Origin: the human T2T-CHM13v2.0 reference genome, Homo sapiens
Direction: 5' to 3' (one strand)
Assembly: GCF_009914755.1 (NCBI RefSeq)
Contig: NC_060932.1
DNA length: 64,000 bases
Under the pieces are notes generated by a model, which saw nothing but the letters and a program-made list of their open reading frames with translations, did no database searches and was not told the origin of the DNA. This document shows positions 43,410 through 59,904 of the stretch, piece after piece (within the stretch, counting starts at the first letter, position 1; every line of letters starts with the position of its first letter). Both the position numbers and the translations under genes were made by a program.

Positions 43410-44854
43410 CAGATATAGATTTTTGATCGATGGGATTTTCAGGATTGCTTTGAGAAGAAACATCACACCAAAGGGATTTAGGCGTTTGTCACTTTACTTG
43501 TGGTGTGGAGAAGGGAATGGCGGGTAACTGTGTCACACACCTGTATGGCTAGCTGGGAAGAGAGGAAAGGGATCTTTGGAATCTGGACCAGTACATACAG
43601 CACAGACAAAAGTGGGGCCTGGTCTGTTGCAGGAGTTGCATACATTACAAATAAGTCCCTGGCCTTCAAGTTCTTTAAATTCTTAGTTTTATTTCTAGGC
43701 CTCAATGCCTTTTAAATCCTGACAGGAAGATGAAAAAAAAAAAATCAAGTGCGGGATTTTCATTCTTCTTAACTGATGGAAACGATTGCCATTTTATGTT
43801 TAATGTTTTCATGTGTCACCAAAGAGCATTAACCTTGGAGTCAAAGGAACTTGGTCAGGCTTCTAGATTTCCCACTGATGACTGTGTGCATTTGGGCAAA
43901 TTACCAAACCTTATTCTTCTTCTGTGATCTCCTTTGTTAAATGAGATGATTTCTAGAGTTTCTATTCCTGTATATTTTACATTTTAAAAAATGATTCGAA
44001 TCAGTTATTACTTCCTAATTTACAAAAGGAATACATGCCTCTTGAAGAAAACTTATAGAAGACAGACAAGCAAAGAGTTGAACTTTTCTTTCATTTTGAT
44101 TGGTCTACAATTCTACATATTCTTGTGCATTGCAAGTCAAAGATTGTTAGAGCAGGGAAGTTCTGCAGTAGTTACCTTGTCCACCTCCATTTAACAGATG
44201 AGGAGACTGAGATATTTGTCTAAAGTCACAAGGCATACATTATTGAGCACAGCGATGTGATCAGATTAGTTTTAAAATGTCTTATCCTCTAATTGTTTGT
44301 GAATTCCTTTTAAACAATCTTTAAAAGGTCTCTGCAAAAGCATGGACTTAGAACCATCGTTTCTTGTATGTAGATATGCTTAATTATTTTTGAATCTCAG
44401 TGAGTATTTTTATAGGCCCCTGTGTCCAGCTGTTGGGGTCGCCAGAAAACATTATTCATGTTTGCTGAAATCCCTGTTTACCTGCCACATCCAGTGAGGC
44501 CTACTTTGTTTACTTTTGTTCACTTTAAGACTTTCATGAGCCATCCATGGCTTCTCAGTTCTTTGGTCAGTGTGGTCGCAGTTGTGCTCTGAAATAAGGA
44601 GGTGGCTTCATTTCACTTGGCCTTTGGTGTCTGCAGCAGAGACAATTTAGGGTCAGTGGCAAAACAATGTCACGAAGGGAATGATCAGGCTTGAAGCATG
44701 GGGGAATAGACAGCTGTCTACCAGTGATGCTGAAGATTGGGTTGGGGATGTGTGGATTCAGGTTTTCTTCCTCCACAGTCGCTCACACACACAGGGTAAA
44801 TATTGAAGCATTTTGACTTCCTTGCCATTCCAACCTGATGATTCTGCTACAGTC

Positions 44855-45143
44855 TTTTTTTTTTGAGACAGAATCTTGCCCTGTCACCCAGGCTGGTGTG
44901 CAGTGGTGTGATCTTGGCTCACTGCAACCTCTGCCTCCCGGGTTCAAGCAATTCTCCTGCCTCAGCCTCCTGAGTAGCTAGGACTACAGGTGCACACCAC
45001 CATGCCCGGCTAATTTTTGTATTTTTAATAGAGACGGGGTTTCACATGTTGGCCAGGATGGTCTCGATCTCTTGACCTCATGATCCACTTGCCTCGGCCT
45101 CCCAAAGTGCTGGGATTACAGGCATGAGCCACGGTGCCCCGCC
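44855..45143 (-). mobile_element. Alu (AluSc/Sg-like)
   Basis: TSD TCTGCTACAGTCTT at 44843 and 45144. Confidence 0.95.
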
Positions 45144-45525
45144 TCTGCTACAGTCTTGGCATGACAACAGAGCCCTAGCTAGAAGGATGCTTCTCTGACA
45201 TTCACATTCATTTCAAGTGACATTAATATTGCCTTGGCAGTTCAAGAGACTGATGTTTACTTCATCAATTCTGGAATTTTAGACTCAAATACAAATCATT
45301 TCATCCATGAAAATATCCTATAGTCTCAGATGAGTTCTTAGAAATAGTTATTTTTCTCATGACATTGTTTCTTTTGATAGATTCAACTTTTTTTGTAAAA
45401 ACACAAAGGAAATAAAGATCTTCTGTTTGTTTGCTTTCCCTGACTAATCAATAACATTTTTGGAATAAATAATGAAATATTGAACAAAAGGAATCATTAA
45501 AAATGTTGCATATATTCACATTTGT

Positions 45526-45890
<365 letters not shown>

Positions 45891-46551
45891 TTACAACCCT
45901 TGGCCATTTTTACCCTCATTTCATGACAGATACTCTTATTTTTATATGGAAGAGATTTCAATACATTTTAATATGTTTTTTCCCCAACAGTTAAATTTTT
46001 TCCTCCAAAAATAAGATATTTTAAGGGCCGAATATTATTTTTAATATTTTATTCCAATCATGGAGTATATTCTACAAAAGAGAATCTGCATAGGATAAGA
46101 ATGTACTCCAGAGAAATTTCAAATAAAGATGCTATAATACCATAGTCAATATGTACCACATCTTCTATCACATTGCTTCAATTTCAATAGAACATTTAAA
46201 CACATGAATGAAAGTAAAACAATTTGGCTTGCCACCTGGATATTTTGTCAACACAATGTTTTGATATTTGGATATGCCTAAATTACTCTTTTTCATCAGC
46301 TGTTTGGGTATTAAATAAATACAACCTTCATGTATCACAAATCCATAGGGCTAGAGAGTCTTGAACTGGGGATCTGGTTGCAGGGAGATGGATTTTATTT
46401 GTTTATCGTCTCTCTGTGTTTCTCTGAGGCTAGTATAACATTAAATGTCTCAAAAGTCTCAACCATTCACGAGCTACAAGAAGCAAGTGTTTTCAATGTT
46501 TATCTTTTTTCTTTCTTCTTTATTTTGAAAACAGAGTATGCACAAGTCCAT

Positions 46552-46742
46552 TGAACTATCTAGTGTCTTGTTGACTATGGAGGCTATTCAGTAGGCCAAT
46601 GACAGCAGTAGTCTTTGTTTACATTTATAAAGCAAGATAGTAACAACTAAAAGCTGGGTCTAAAGCTGTTACCTTTTTAAAAATTTAGGAAATACAGGGA
46701 AAATGTGGAGGGAATGCATTGCATTCTCAAAGCTTAAGGCCA
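46552..46742 (+). repeat. Copy 1 of a ~190-bp dispersed direct duplication
   Basis: Aligns to 47736-47928 at ~88% (shared AGATAGTAACAACTAAAAGCTG, GGAAAATGTGGAGGGAATG). Confidence 0.95.
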
Positions 46743-47735
46743 AGTCAAGATAGATCTTTGGATCATGCTGTAGTTACTTTTCATGTAACTTATTTGTATT
46801 AAAAAACAAAACTGATAGCAGCATGCCATTAACTGTAAACTAGATACTGGTTCCTCATCTACTAGTTGAAGACAAATGCAGGTTCAGTAAAAAATGAAAT
46901 AGGTCTATTTCAAGCCTATTTCCTGTTTACACAAATATCCTAGTTTAATTCTGATTAGCATCCTGAAATCAGCCTTAATTTGTCTTCTGTTTTGGCTATG
47001 TAGCTAATTTAAGACAATGCACTTAGCCTATGAAATCTGAAGGAGATATTACAAATGAAGAAAGCTACTTCTTAGCACTTCCATTTTAGAGTGAGGGAAT
47101 CTAGCCAGGGCAACATCTGTTAAGTGGTAGAATACCTTTACTGGTTCTTTTTTTAAACATCTTGTCTAGGGTTCTACTTGAGATAAAATAATGGTGCATA
47201 TAAATTACATTTGTCAAATGAACACTGGAGAGTATATGGATTAAAATTTGAAGCCACATTAAATCGGATAAAGCTCATGAATGCTGAAAAGTTAAATTTG
47301 GTGGGGATTATTTTTGGTATGGGATCTTGGCAAAGAAAAGAGAGACTTGTCTTAAGAAACAAAACAAAACAGAAAACCAAAACAAAACAACTGATTTACG
47401 AATCGTATTATTTTAAAAAGAAACTAAATCAGAAAATATTTTGAGACCCTTAGTAAAAGTATGGAGAGCAAAGACTGATTCTAGGGCCTGTAGCCCTGAC
47501 TAGCTCTGTCTGTTAAATTTGTTACTATTTTGATTTTCTTTATTACAATCAATTTAGTTATGACAGCTGTTATCTTTTGGTGATTTTTGTATTGTGATAG
47601 AGTCTTATCCAATTATTTAATAATAAAAGCACATTTGAATTTGGTTGCATTTTATATCTATTTAGCTGTGAAAAGCTGGGAGGCAATTGAAAGAACAGGT
47701 ATGATTATCTTTTACTTCTATTTGGCAGGTGAAAA

Positions 47736-47928
47736 TGAACTACCTAGTGTCATATTGACTTTGGAGGCCACTCAGTAGGCCAGTGACAACAGTGGTCTTT
47801 GTTTATATTTACATAGTGAGATAGTAACAACTAAAAGCTGTGTTTAAAGCTGGTACCTTCTTAAAATTCAGGAAATACAAGGAAAATGTGGAGGGAATGG
47901 ATTACATTCTCCTCAAAGCTTATGGCCA
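47736..47928 (+). repeat. Copy 2 of the ~190-bp duplication
   Basis: See 46552-46742. Confidence 0.95.
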
Positions 47929-49684
47929 GAAGAAAATGTGTATATTCAATATCTCTCTTCGCTTTCTTCAATTTAGCAGAATGACAACTTTCTTCAATGT
48001 GTGATATTCTAAACCTCCTTCTAAAAGTAGCTATTCTAGGCAGATTTGGGTCTATTTTCTTGTACAAATGAAAACAGATGAGACATGGAAGAAAGATCCT
48101 CCTGAACTGAAATTTAATAATAATTAATCCATGGGTTTAACTCACAGGGTAACTATAGAGCTTTTTTTTTAGGTGAAAGATAATTAAATCTTGCCCCAGA
48201 AATCATTCTCTTGGAAGATATTTCCTAAGAAATGGAGCCAGATGGCTCATGTTCACTCACAAGACCACAGTAATAAGTTAATTTGGACAAATTGCCACAT
48301 ACACATTCAGCCATGGTGACCTTTAATTTCTAACAGCTTTAAAAGTGTCCATTAAAGCAAGATGGAAGGGAAAAGACTATAAATAGCTGACATCTATTTT
48401 CAGAGAGATTGAAGACTAGAGCTTTTGCTACTTATTATATAAAACACTACTAGTAAGAAGCAGGAAGAAGTAATAGAAGGCAAAGTGAAATTTAAAAAAA
48501 AACTATAATTAAGATATTAACCAAATTTTCTGAAGTTAGTATGGAACCCATTTTTCAAATTCTATACAAATCTAAAATATATTCTGTGAATATAAAACAT
48601 TTAAAACTACATAGAAACAATCATTAAGGATTAAAAGAATACTGAAGGTAGAATCTATTGTAGTTTTTTGGCAATATAAAATTTTGTAAGATCAAGGAAT
48701 GTATAAAACTTTCTTTGGATATACTTTCTTTAAGGTTCATTCACTTTTCCAACATTTACTGTTACATATTCTTGATTTTCTATAGACTTTAACGACTATA
48801 TTTATCAACTTATTTCTTTTAACAATCTTAGTTCAAGTTGATTATCTGACGTCAGTGAATAGCGCTATTGTACTTTAAGTAATGGGAGATGTGATTATGA
48901 GATTCTATCTGTTCCTCTTTGTAAATTGGCATTGAAAACAGAATTGAATCTTAAAATCTCTTATTCACTAATTAGCCTATCAACCTTGTCCATATAGTCG
49001 TTTTACCCATTCCCACAGGAAATTATGGACAATAATTAGTGTAGTGAACAAAAGAAAAATAGCAATGTATTTGATTGTATTGAACCACAGATTTCTGGGT
49101 CCTTTAAAGAACTTACTGAACTCTGACAATATTCCTGTTACAACTCTGAGACAGGTAAATCTTACTGTACTTGCTTTGGAGATGGTCCAAAAAAATAAAT
49201 TAGGGCCATTTGGGATAAATTGTGTGATACGTAATGATTCCAACTTTTTATTATGAGTTTATTAAAATAAATACAACTTGAGATCAATATTCTGAGTTCA
49301 TATCCATCTAAAAGGGTGAATTTGCTACTTGCCCATGAGAAGTGTTCAGTGCTAGAAAAACAAAGCTATAGCTAGGTGTTCCTGGCTTCCAGGAATCTGG
49401 AGGAAAGAGGAAACATGTTAGATCCTGAAAATAACTTGGTGTCTCTAAAATAAGAAATGAAAAATAAATCACTGAACCTTTTCAGATTACAAATTTCTCT
49501 CTGTGACAGGAGAAGATTGATGTTTAGATGGCTTTGAGGTCCCTTCCAACTTTAACTTTTTATGATTATATAAAAATGATTCTCATACAGAAGTGCTTAT
49601 ATCTCTTCTGTTGTTTTGCTTACTCTTTTTCTAAGGACCAGTAATGCAGTGGAAAAAAAATATACACAATGATCCTGGGGAGGA

Positions 49685-49690
49685 TGTGTG

Positions 49691-49738
<48 letters not shown>

Positions 49739-49890
49739 CATATATATATATACACACACACACATATATGTGAGTATATAGGTGTATATATATATATAAA
49801 TATATAAATCATATATACATATATATCAGCTTCTGTGTATATATATATATACACACACACACGTATATACACACACCACACACACAGATA
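49685..49890. repeat. Compound (TG)/(TA)/(CA) microsatellite
   Basis: Seen directly. Confidence 0.97.
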
Positions 49891-49971
49891 TGTATTTGTG
49901 ATTATGTATGAACTTCAGTTAAATGAGTTCATATATATATTCTTTTTTCCAGTTCAGTTTTATTATGATGA

Positions 49972-50218
49972 TTATTTCTTTATTTCAATAGTTTTTGAGG
50001 TACAGGTAGTTTTTGGTTGCATGGATGGCTTCTTTATGGTGAATTCTGAGGTTTTGGTGCACCCATCACCCCAGCAATGTACAGTGTACCCACTGTGTAG
50101 ACTTTTATCCCTCAGCCCCCTCCCTACCTCCCCACCTGAGTCCCCAAACTCCACTATATCACTGCGCATGTTTCTACATCCTCATAGCTTAGCTCCCACT
50201 TATGAGAGGATGCACATA
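49972..50218 (-). mobile_element. L1PB-type 3' end
   Basis: TTTCAATAGTTTTTGAGGTACAGGTAGTTTTTGGTTGCATGGAT..CTCATAGCTTAGCTCCCACTTATGAG. Confidence 0.88.
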
Positions 50219-50399
50219 TGCTATTCCGGGAGATGGTCAAGCTTTTTCTATTGTTCAGGTTTTCTAGTATGCTGCTGGCTTTTCTGACCACACTGTGGAA
50301 ATGTTTGTGGTATCTCCAGACCAGAGAATATGAAGCCTCATATCTCTTCCTGGGTTATAACAGATCATTTAAAAATAGTACTTACCTAATACATATATT

Positions 50400-50493
50400 G
50401 AAAGAAAGAAAGAAAAGAAAGAAAGAAGGAAAGAGAGAGAGCAAGAGCAAGAAAGAAAGAAAGAAAAAGAAAGAAAGAAAAGAAGGAAAGAAA
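50400..50493. repeat. (GAAA)n-like purine repeat
   Basis: Seen directly. Confidence 0.95.
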
Positions 50494-50813
50494 CGAACAG
50501 GTGAAAATGCCATCCTAACATCCTTTGGAGTAAATTAACAAATATTGGTAGCTCTATGTTTTGAAACATTTAGCTTTGCATTTATCCCCATTGTTATCCT
50601 AAATCCAGTTCCTCATGTGTGTATGTGGGTGTGTGCATGCACAGGCATGTGTGCATATATGCGTATGTTAACATATGTATTTTGAAGGCATGTATTTCAT
50701 GATTTTAAGGGAAATTTAAAATATAAATCTCTCCCTCCCTAGACTCTGCAATAATATAAAACTAAAGCCTATTAGCTCTACAAACTAATTTTGGTCATCC
50801 TTCCTCTTCAAAT

Positions 50814-51047
50814 GTTCAAGACCAGCCTGGGCAACATGGCTGAAATCCCGTCTCTACAAATAAACACAAAAAATAGCTGGGCATGGTGACGCACACCTGT
50901 GGTCCCAGCTACAGGGGGAGGTGAGGCGGGAGAATCATTTGAGCTCAAGAGGTGGAGGCTGCAGTGAGCCACGTTCACGCCACTGCACTCCAGCCTGGGT
51001 GACAGAGCAAGACCCTGTCTCAAAAAAAGAAAGAAAGAAAAAAAAAA
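50814..51047 (+). mobile_element. 5'-truncated AluJ-like
   Basis: Starts at GTTCAAGACCAGCCTGGGCAAC. Confidence 0.92.
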
Positions 51048-52938
51048 GTGCTCTCTCAGGAGCCTTTGCCCTGTGGGTGTGTGCCTTAGGGAAGTATCAG
51101 TACCCTTTAACAATTAGAAAAAGGCCTCCCTTCCTTAATCAGCTCCCCTCCAGGACTTGGCGATCTGAGGATCAGCCTAGATTTCAGCTCCCAGGTCTCT
51201 CCTAGGCTGGGAGTCACTGAGTGGGGCAGATCCTGCCCAGCTGTGGCCCTGGGTTACACAGTGAGCAACTGGAATTACTCTGATGCCCTGGAAGCTGTAA
51301 AAATCATTCCTCTCAAGTGATGTGTATGCTCTCTGACGCGTGCTTCCAGGAGGGGCGTGGGCTTACCTGGGAACAATCAGAAGCTGAGCAAGCATTTGCT
51401 GAGCCTACTGTGTGCACTGACTCTGCCAGATGGTGTGGGGGGTGTAGGGGGAAAGTGCACAGTCCCTGGCGTCAGGGCACACAGTCTAGCTGGAAAGCTG
51501 AAACAAAACTCGGCAGTGTGATGTGATTTGGAAGTCAGGTTCTGAATATACAATCACTTGGTTTTTGTCTTTCTTGCTTTATATAAAAAGGAGATTGGGT
51601 AAGAACAGTTTGAGTGTGCGTATCTGGGGTCATAGGTTTCTTATCTCCAGTCTACGAAGAACAACTGGCAATATGTTATATCTAGTGCTCACTGTGGAGA
51701 ATCAACAAGAGCAGTTGTTAGGTGCAAATGGCTGGGGAGGCTTCTTAGAGTAAGAGCTTGACTGTATATCACATAGTATTAAATCCTCAGGGAAGAGCGG
51801 GGCAAATAATCCAGTACTGGGATGCTGTGTAGGTCAAAACACAAAGATGGGAATTGCTACGAGATATGTGGGGAATAGTGAAAAGTCCAGGATAACTGAA
51901 ACAGAGTGTTGAGTTGGGTTACAAGGACCAGGCAGGTAGGCAAGCCTGGACTAGGGTTCCTCATTCCATCCTTTAGACTGATCACAGGCACATAATTGCC
52001 AAGTGAGTGGTTAGGGGTGAGCTGGATCTGCGGCTGTGATCAGCTTTTTTCACTGTGTAATGTTCAGGGACTGAGTCTAGGATCCAGGCCAATATTATAC
52101 CATGCTCTAAGCAACCAATGAAAAAATTAACCAGCTCAGATATACACATATGCACACTCATACAGGGGCACAGACCTCAAGAGGGAGATAATCCTGATAT
52201 GTAATCTCAGGCCTGGGCTATGTTCTCCAACTTCAAAGGAGAATCCAGTGGGGTGATATATTAGAAATGGGGAGTTTTCCAGAAGAAGACTGTCAAAATA
52301 TTGACTCCGGCAGAATTGTAACCCAGATAGAAATGCACTCCTCAAACAACAAAGCAATTTACAAAGTGGCTTGAAGTCCATCAGGAGGGAAAGCAGAATT
52401 TGGGAGGTAAGCCAAGGAGCTTGCATTTCTGTAATGCTTGTTCTGGTGCCAGTGATAAACATTAGTGCACCCTTCAGACCTCTGCCTGCTGGAGAGGTAT
52501 CTAAGTGTCTACAGTGCTCTCTAAACATAAATAATCTTCATCTTCAAATGCACAGTAGACACGTGGGAACAAGATTAGGGGGACTTTTTTTTTAAGCCCC
52601 TCATGGAAACTTCCACAGGAACAAACTTCAGCGTACTGTGGAAGTTACACCTCAAGTAGATGTCTCTGGAGACCTGGGCATATCTCTGTGCAGTTTACCA
52701 GGCTGGACTTGCTCTTTTCCCGTAGTAGTGTCCTCCTCTAAACCACAAAAAAAGCTGTAGAAGCAAGAGATTTAGCCCAGATTCAAAGGTGAAGAAAGGG
52801 CTGGTAGTTCAAAGGAACATAACAATGAAACGTGACAATAACTTTCATCTGCCTCAAATGTCTTCCTCAAGATCTTTTTAACTTTGGTGGAGAAAAAGAA
52901 TGCAACCATCACTCGACTAATATACACATATATGTACA

Positions 52939-53245
52939 TTTTCTTTCTGAGACAGGGTCTCTCTCTTGCCCAGGCTGGAGTCCAGTTATATGATCACAGC
53001 TCAGCTCACTGCAGCCTCCATCTCCCTGGCTCAAGGGATCCTCCCACATCAGCCTCCCAAGTAGCTGGGACTACAGGCACATGCCACCACGCCCCTCTAA
53101 TTTTTGTATTTTTTGATTTTTGTAGAGATGAGGCTTCCCTGTGTTGCCCAGGCTGGTCTCAAACTTCTGAACTCAAGCAGTCCTTCCACCTAGACCTCCC
53201 AAAGTGCTGGGATTACAGGTGTGAGCCACTGCATCTGGCCTGGCC
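52939..53245 (-). mobile_element. AluJ-like
   Basis: Full dimer. Confidence 0.93.
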
Positions 53246-54769
53246 AATATTTTCTTAAGGTAACTTTCACTGCCTAAGTTGGTGATGGCCAATTTCTATT
53301 CAAATGGAAATATATATATTTTCTTTAATTAGAAATATCTTTGCTCCAAATGAGGAAAATATCTAAATGTATAAAACCTGAGCCTTTCCTGGTGCTATGT
53401 GTATTAAACTATGAATAGTGTTTGGACACTATTTGGCTCTCTGTTCTAACTAGATTCAGGAGGCTAAGAAGGAGAGAGCAAGGAAGGCCAAAGAAGGGGT
53501 TGAGAGAGAAGGGGAATAAATCCTGAAGACAGAAAGGGAGACAGCCAGGGAGAAAAGAAGGGGAGCAGCTGAGCTTTGCTGCAGTCACATAATTCTACAC
53601 TTAAATTACATTCTTGCATGGACTCAAGGTCTATCTGAAGAATACTGCCCTTCAATAAGGAGGCTTTGGAGGCCAAACTGTGGCTTCATAACATCCCTAT
53701 ATGTACACTTTGATCTTCTACTCACTTGGAATAAAAGTAGATGCTTAGAAAGTATCCAGAGGTGAGAACTGCTTTCAATTAAGCATTAAGAAAAGGCCGT
53801 TTAGGGAGATAATATTATGCAAATACATACTGTAAACTCTTTAGTGTGGGCAAATGGGAGGCAACATCACACATGTATAGAAGTTTTCCCATGCTAACAT
53901 TTCCAACCTGATTTGGGGTACATTTTTTTCCCTCTGGTTTCCTTTTCCTCAGTTTCTGGTTTTCCATCCCCCTTATACCTTTTTTATGTGTTTGGTATTC
54001 TAGGTCAGGTTCAAAGGTAGACTATAAAAGGAAGATCTTAAAACTGATATTTCAGTAAGAGTCTCTGAATGTAGCGGAGGAAATGTATGAAAAGCCTTTC
54101 CTTTCCTTCTCTGCACCCTGCATCCAAGTCCTCTAAACGGCAAAGTAACACTGTGCAGAAATGTTTTCGGGGCTTTCAACAGGGACAAAGGATGCCGGTT
54201 GAGAATGTTGCTTTTATGGTGACCTCCCAGTTGGAGAGGTATTCTTCCATGGAGATCCTGCTGTTCTGTTAGGACACAAGAGGCATTAACACGCTGCTCA
54301 CTATCTTTCAGGGGCCAATTAGCCAGTTTGGTATATCCAGACCCCGGGGTCCTTTCATTTCCTCTCTTAGCAGCTTGCCTTGTGGTCATTTACCATGCTT
54401 CATTAAGAGGGGGCAAAACTCAGATCTGCCCATTTGGCTCACGTTCAGAGCTTGGATGGAAGCTTTCTTGGGGGTGGCAGATGAAGCCATTAAAGGAAAA
54501 TGTGGGGATTATCCATGGATTAGGATTATCTAACTCAGTGGTTTTTCAGCTCTTTTTAACTAGGAGGATCTCTTTTATAGGTAAAACACTCATGCACTCC
54601 AATATTACCATCGTTACACTGCTCGTATCTGTTGAGTAAGGCAGTAATGTCCTCATATAAACAGGTTGTTCATCTTGTCTTCTTAGTCCTCATTCTGTTC
54701 CTCTGCCAATTTCTCTAGGGAAGGCATCTTTCCTAGAGCATCAATACTCTGAATTTCTTGTGGTAATGA

Positions 54770-55207
<438 letters not shown>

Positions 55208-55382
55208 TAGGTTTACACAGGTGTTGCCATTGGAGAAGGCTTATATTTTCTTGCTTAGTGATGATTCAATGTGTGTGTAAATCAGAAGGAATTGAAATCA
55301 ACTATGAGGGTGCCCAAGGTTATGGAAAATATTACTTTAACATTTTTAGCAATTTTTTTTTTACCAGTTTAGTGAGCAGGAC

Positions 55383-56020
<638 letters not shown>

Positions 56021-56179
56021 ATTAGAGACCTAGGGTTAGAATTTTAGAGTACAAGGAAAGGGTTTGTTAACAATAGGAACAATGATGAAGACTTGCATGA
56101 CACTAACAGAGCATATTTTCTTCTTTTTTTCTAGATCTTTGTTTCTCTTTGTCACTGTTGTACTAAAAATTGTCATCAG

Positions 56180-57104
<925 letters not shown>

Positions 57105-57459
57105 TCCTTTCCACATTTATCTGCCACTCTCCTCCTCCCACTTTACCAAATTGCACACACCAAGAGATTGCTTTTATTCCTTCCACTTAAAAATCTCTTC
57201 CCTACGTTTCTTCATCTGATGGACTCTCACCCACCTTTCCTGAATCTCCTGGCCAAGATAAACATGCCCCTCTACTGTGATCCAATTATAGTTTCGACAT
57301 ATTTGTTTCTTATCACCTGTATGTTATAGTATATTGTAATTGTCTGTTAATTCATATTCCCTCTCACACCTCTTCACTCACTTTAACCATTCCAGGCAAG
57401 AAGGAAGACGGTTGCTTATACTATGCCAACATTTTGTTGTTCTTGTTTTTGTTTCTAGA

Positions 57460-57975
57460 ACAAATGCTGGAAATTCTTTGACATAACTTCCTTCAAGAGT
57501 TGAGCTTTATTTTTTTCCACCCCTTATGTTAAGGCAGGAGTATCACTTGCTTGTAACCAACAGAATGTAGCTGTGTGATTTCTAAGGTTAGGTCAAAGAA
57601 GTGATGCCAGTTTTTCTTGTTCCCTGGGACGTTTGTTTTGGGGGCCTTGTTTTAAGAGGTCTGACTGCCCTGAGGTGGCCACACTGTGAGGAAGCCCAGG
57701 CTATAGGAAGAGGCCAGGTGTAGGTGCTCCGTTGAGGCCCCACTGGGGTGTCTGCATCAACCAGCAGGCACTAAAGACACCTCTATGTGATTCTGGCCTC
57801 TAGCTGTCTTGCAACCCTAGCCTTTGAAACTCTCCTGGCCAATATCCCGGACATTGTGTAGCAGAGGCACTCTGTGCCTATCCCAATTCTGACCCACAGA
57901 AGCTGTGAGCACAATAAGTGGTTGTTTTACACCACTAGGTTTTGAGGTGGTTTTGCAGCAATAGTAAAACAATGC
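57460..57975 (+). mobile_element. MLT1F/G/H-type LTR
   Basis: ACCAACAGAATGT, CTGTGAGGAAGCCCAGGCTA, TGACCCACAGAA..GGTTGTTTTACACCACTAGGTTTTG..GCAGCAATAG. Confidence 0.75.
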
Positions 57976-57984
57976 ACAGCCGCA

Positions 57985-58135
57985 GCAGAAATCTGCTCAT
58001 TAACCCTTTATTGGCTCTTCCTCTCACCCTCTCATTCTTCCTTGTGCCTCCTGGGAACACATTCTAAATGAGCTACCTCCACCTGAATCTTTGTCTCAGG
58101 GACTTTTCTTTAGGGAAATCCACGTTAAGATACTG
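57985..58135 (+). mobile_element. LTR16-like ERVL LTR 3' fragment
   Basis: CCTCCTGGGAACAC..AATCTTTGTCTCAGGG..TAGGGAAATCCAC..TAAGATA. Confidence 0.5.
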
Positions 58136-58183
58136 TACCACTCCCATCATCAGAAATTGTTTAGATAAATGCAAACTTTTAAA

Positions 58184-58507
<324 letters not shown>

Positions 58508-59904
58508 ACAAACTATTTTAAAATGCTTTAAACAAGAACACTTTAAACAAGCTGAAGAAAAGTATAAAACATGAACCAGGGTGGTGGTCCTGAGACAACA
58601 TAATATTACAGAAGGCAATGGGGCTGACTTAGAGAGTCCAGCAACACTTCCACCTAGAACTGAGAAGAGTTTTAGAGGCTGTTTGCAATAATGGCGAGTT
58701 AAAGGCAGGAAGGAATTGAATTAAATACACATTTTTATTTATGGAATATTTTTCATTTGGAGGAAAATTACTTTGATTTTAAAAGTCAGAAAGCACGTCT
58801 TTTAAATATCTTACACTTCTTTTATTTTATAAGATTGCCAGGTAACTGTTCAGATGAGATTGATTGGCCCAAAAGAAAATTAGGCATTAAGGTGTCAATG
58901 ATGATACTATTAGTGTAGTGTGAAGTTATTAATGTTTCAACATATAGAGTGGTTTTCTTTTTTCTGCGTAGATTCACTCATGTGGCATTCTTACGGAGAG
59001 AGAAGGAGAGAGTATGACTGTGTGTGTGTATGTGTGATCATCTGAAATAGAATTTGATGCTCAGAAAGCATTTGAAAATGAAGAGTTCACAGCAATTCAT
59101 ATCAATGCAGTTTCTCATCAGGTTCATAATAAAGATACCTACAAAGGTATAGTACGACAAATGCTTTTTTTTTTTTCTACGCGACCACATTCCATCACCT
59201 GACACCCACTTGCATGCCATTGCTTCACTAACATCTTTATCACATTTATCTGAGTTCCTATTTAACTATCTGGAGATAGTCTACAGAGTAGGGCTGTCAC
59301 CCAGGATCTAGCAGAGGATCTGAGACATATTTCTAATATTTGTTGAATGAATAAAGCAGTATCATAAGGCCAATGCACCCCATCATTTAGATCATAAATA
59401 CTGTTCATGCTTGTTTTGTTGTCAGTAGAGTGCCCCACCTAGAAGTGACCCTGGATTGCAAAACTGTAATGAGCAAAACCCAGACTGAGTGTCTCTCTTA
59501 AATACAGGCAGAAACAGACTCCTCTGTTAACAAGAATGCCATCCTGTGCTCTCAACCACATTGTAAGGAGCGTCACCTATTGCCCAGAAAGAAATAAGCT
59601 GCTTTTTATAAGTATTTAGTGCATGGCCACTGAAAATATTAGAGACAAAAGGCAAAAATATTGCTGAAATGATGGCAAGAATTCATTGGTTGGATGCCAA
59701 GTAAAAGTCAGTTCCAGTTGTTCCATTAGCAGTGAAAACTTCAGACACTGCCAGACATTACTATCTGCTTGTGCAATTTGGCACAGTTGTTACTAGGTCA
59801 GAAGTACAATTGCAAAACTAGTACAGCCAACACTTTGCAAAGCAGTATCAACTATAGAAGACACAATACCTTTCAAAGAGTGGCATGCTCTATGCAATTA
59901 TGGT

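Noticed and set aside
52136-54639. ORFs of 100-130 aa in unique DNA (52136-52528, 54000-54389, 54328-54639)
   Set aside because: No domain similarity, no coding-like composition, no consistent splice framing.
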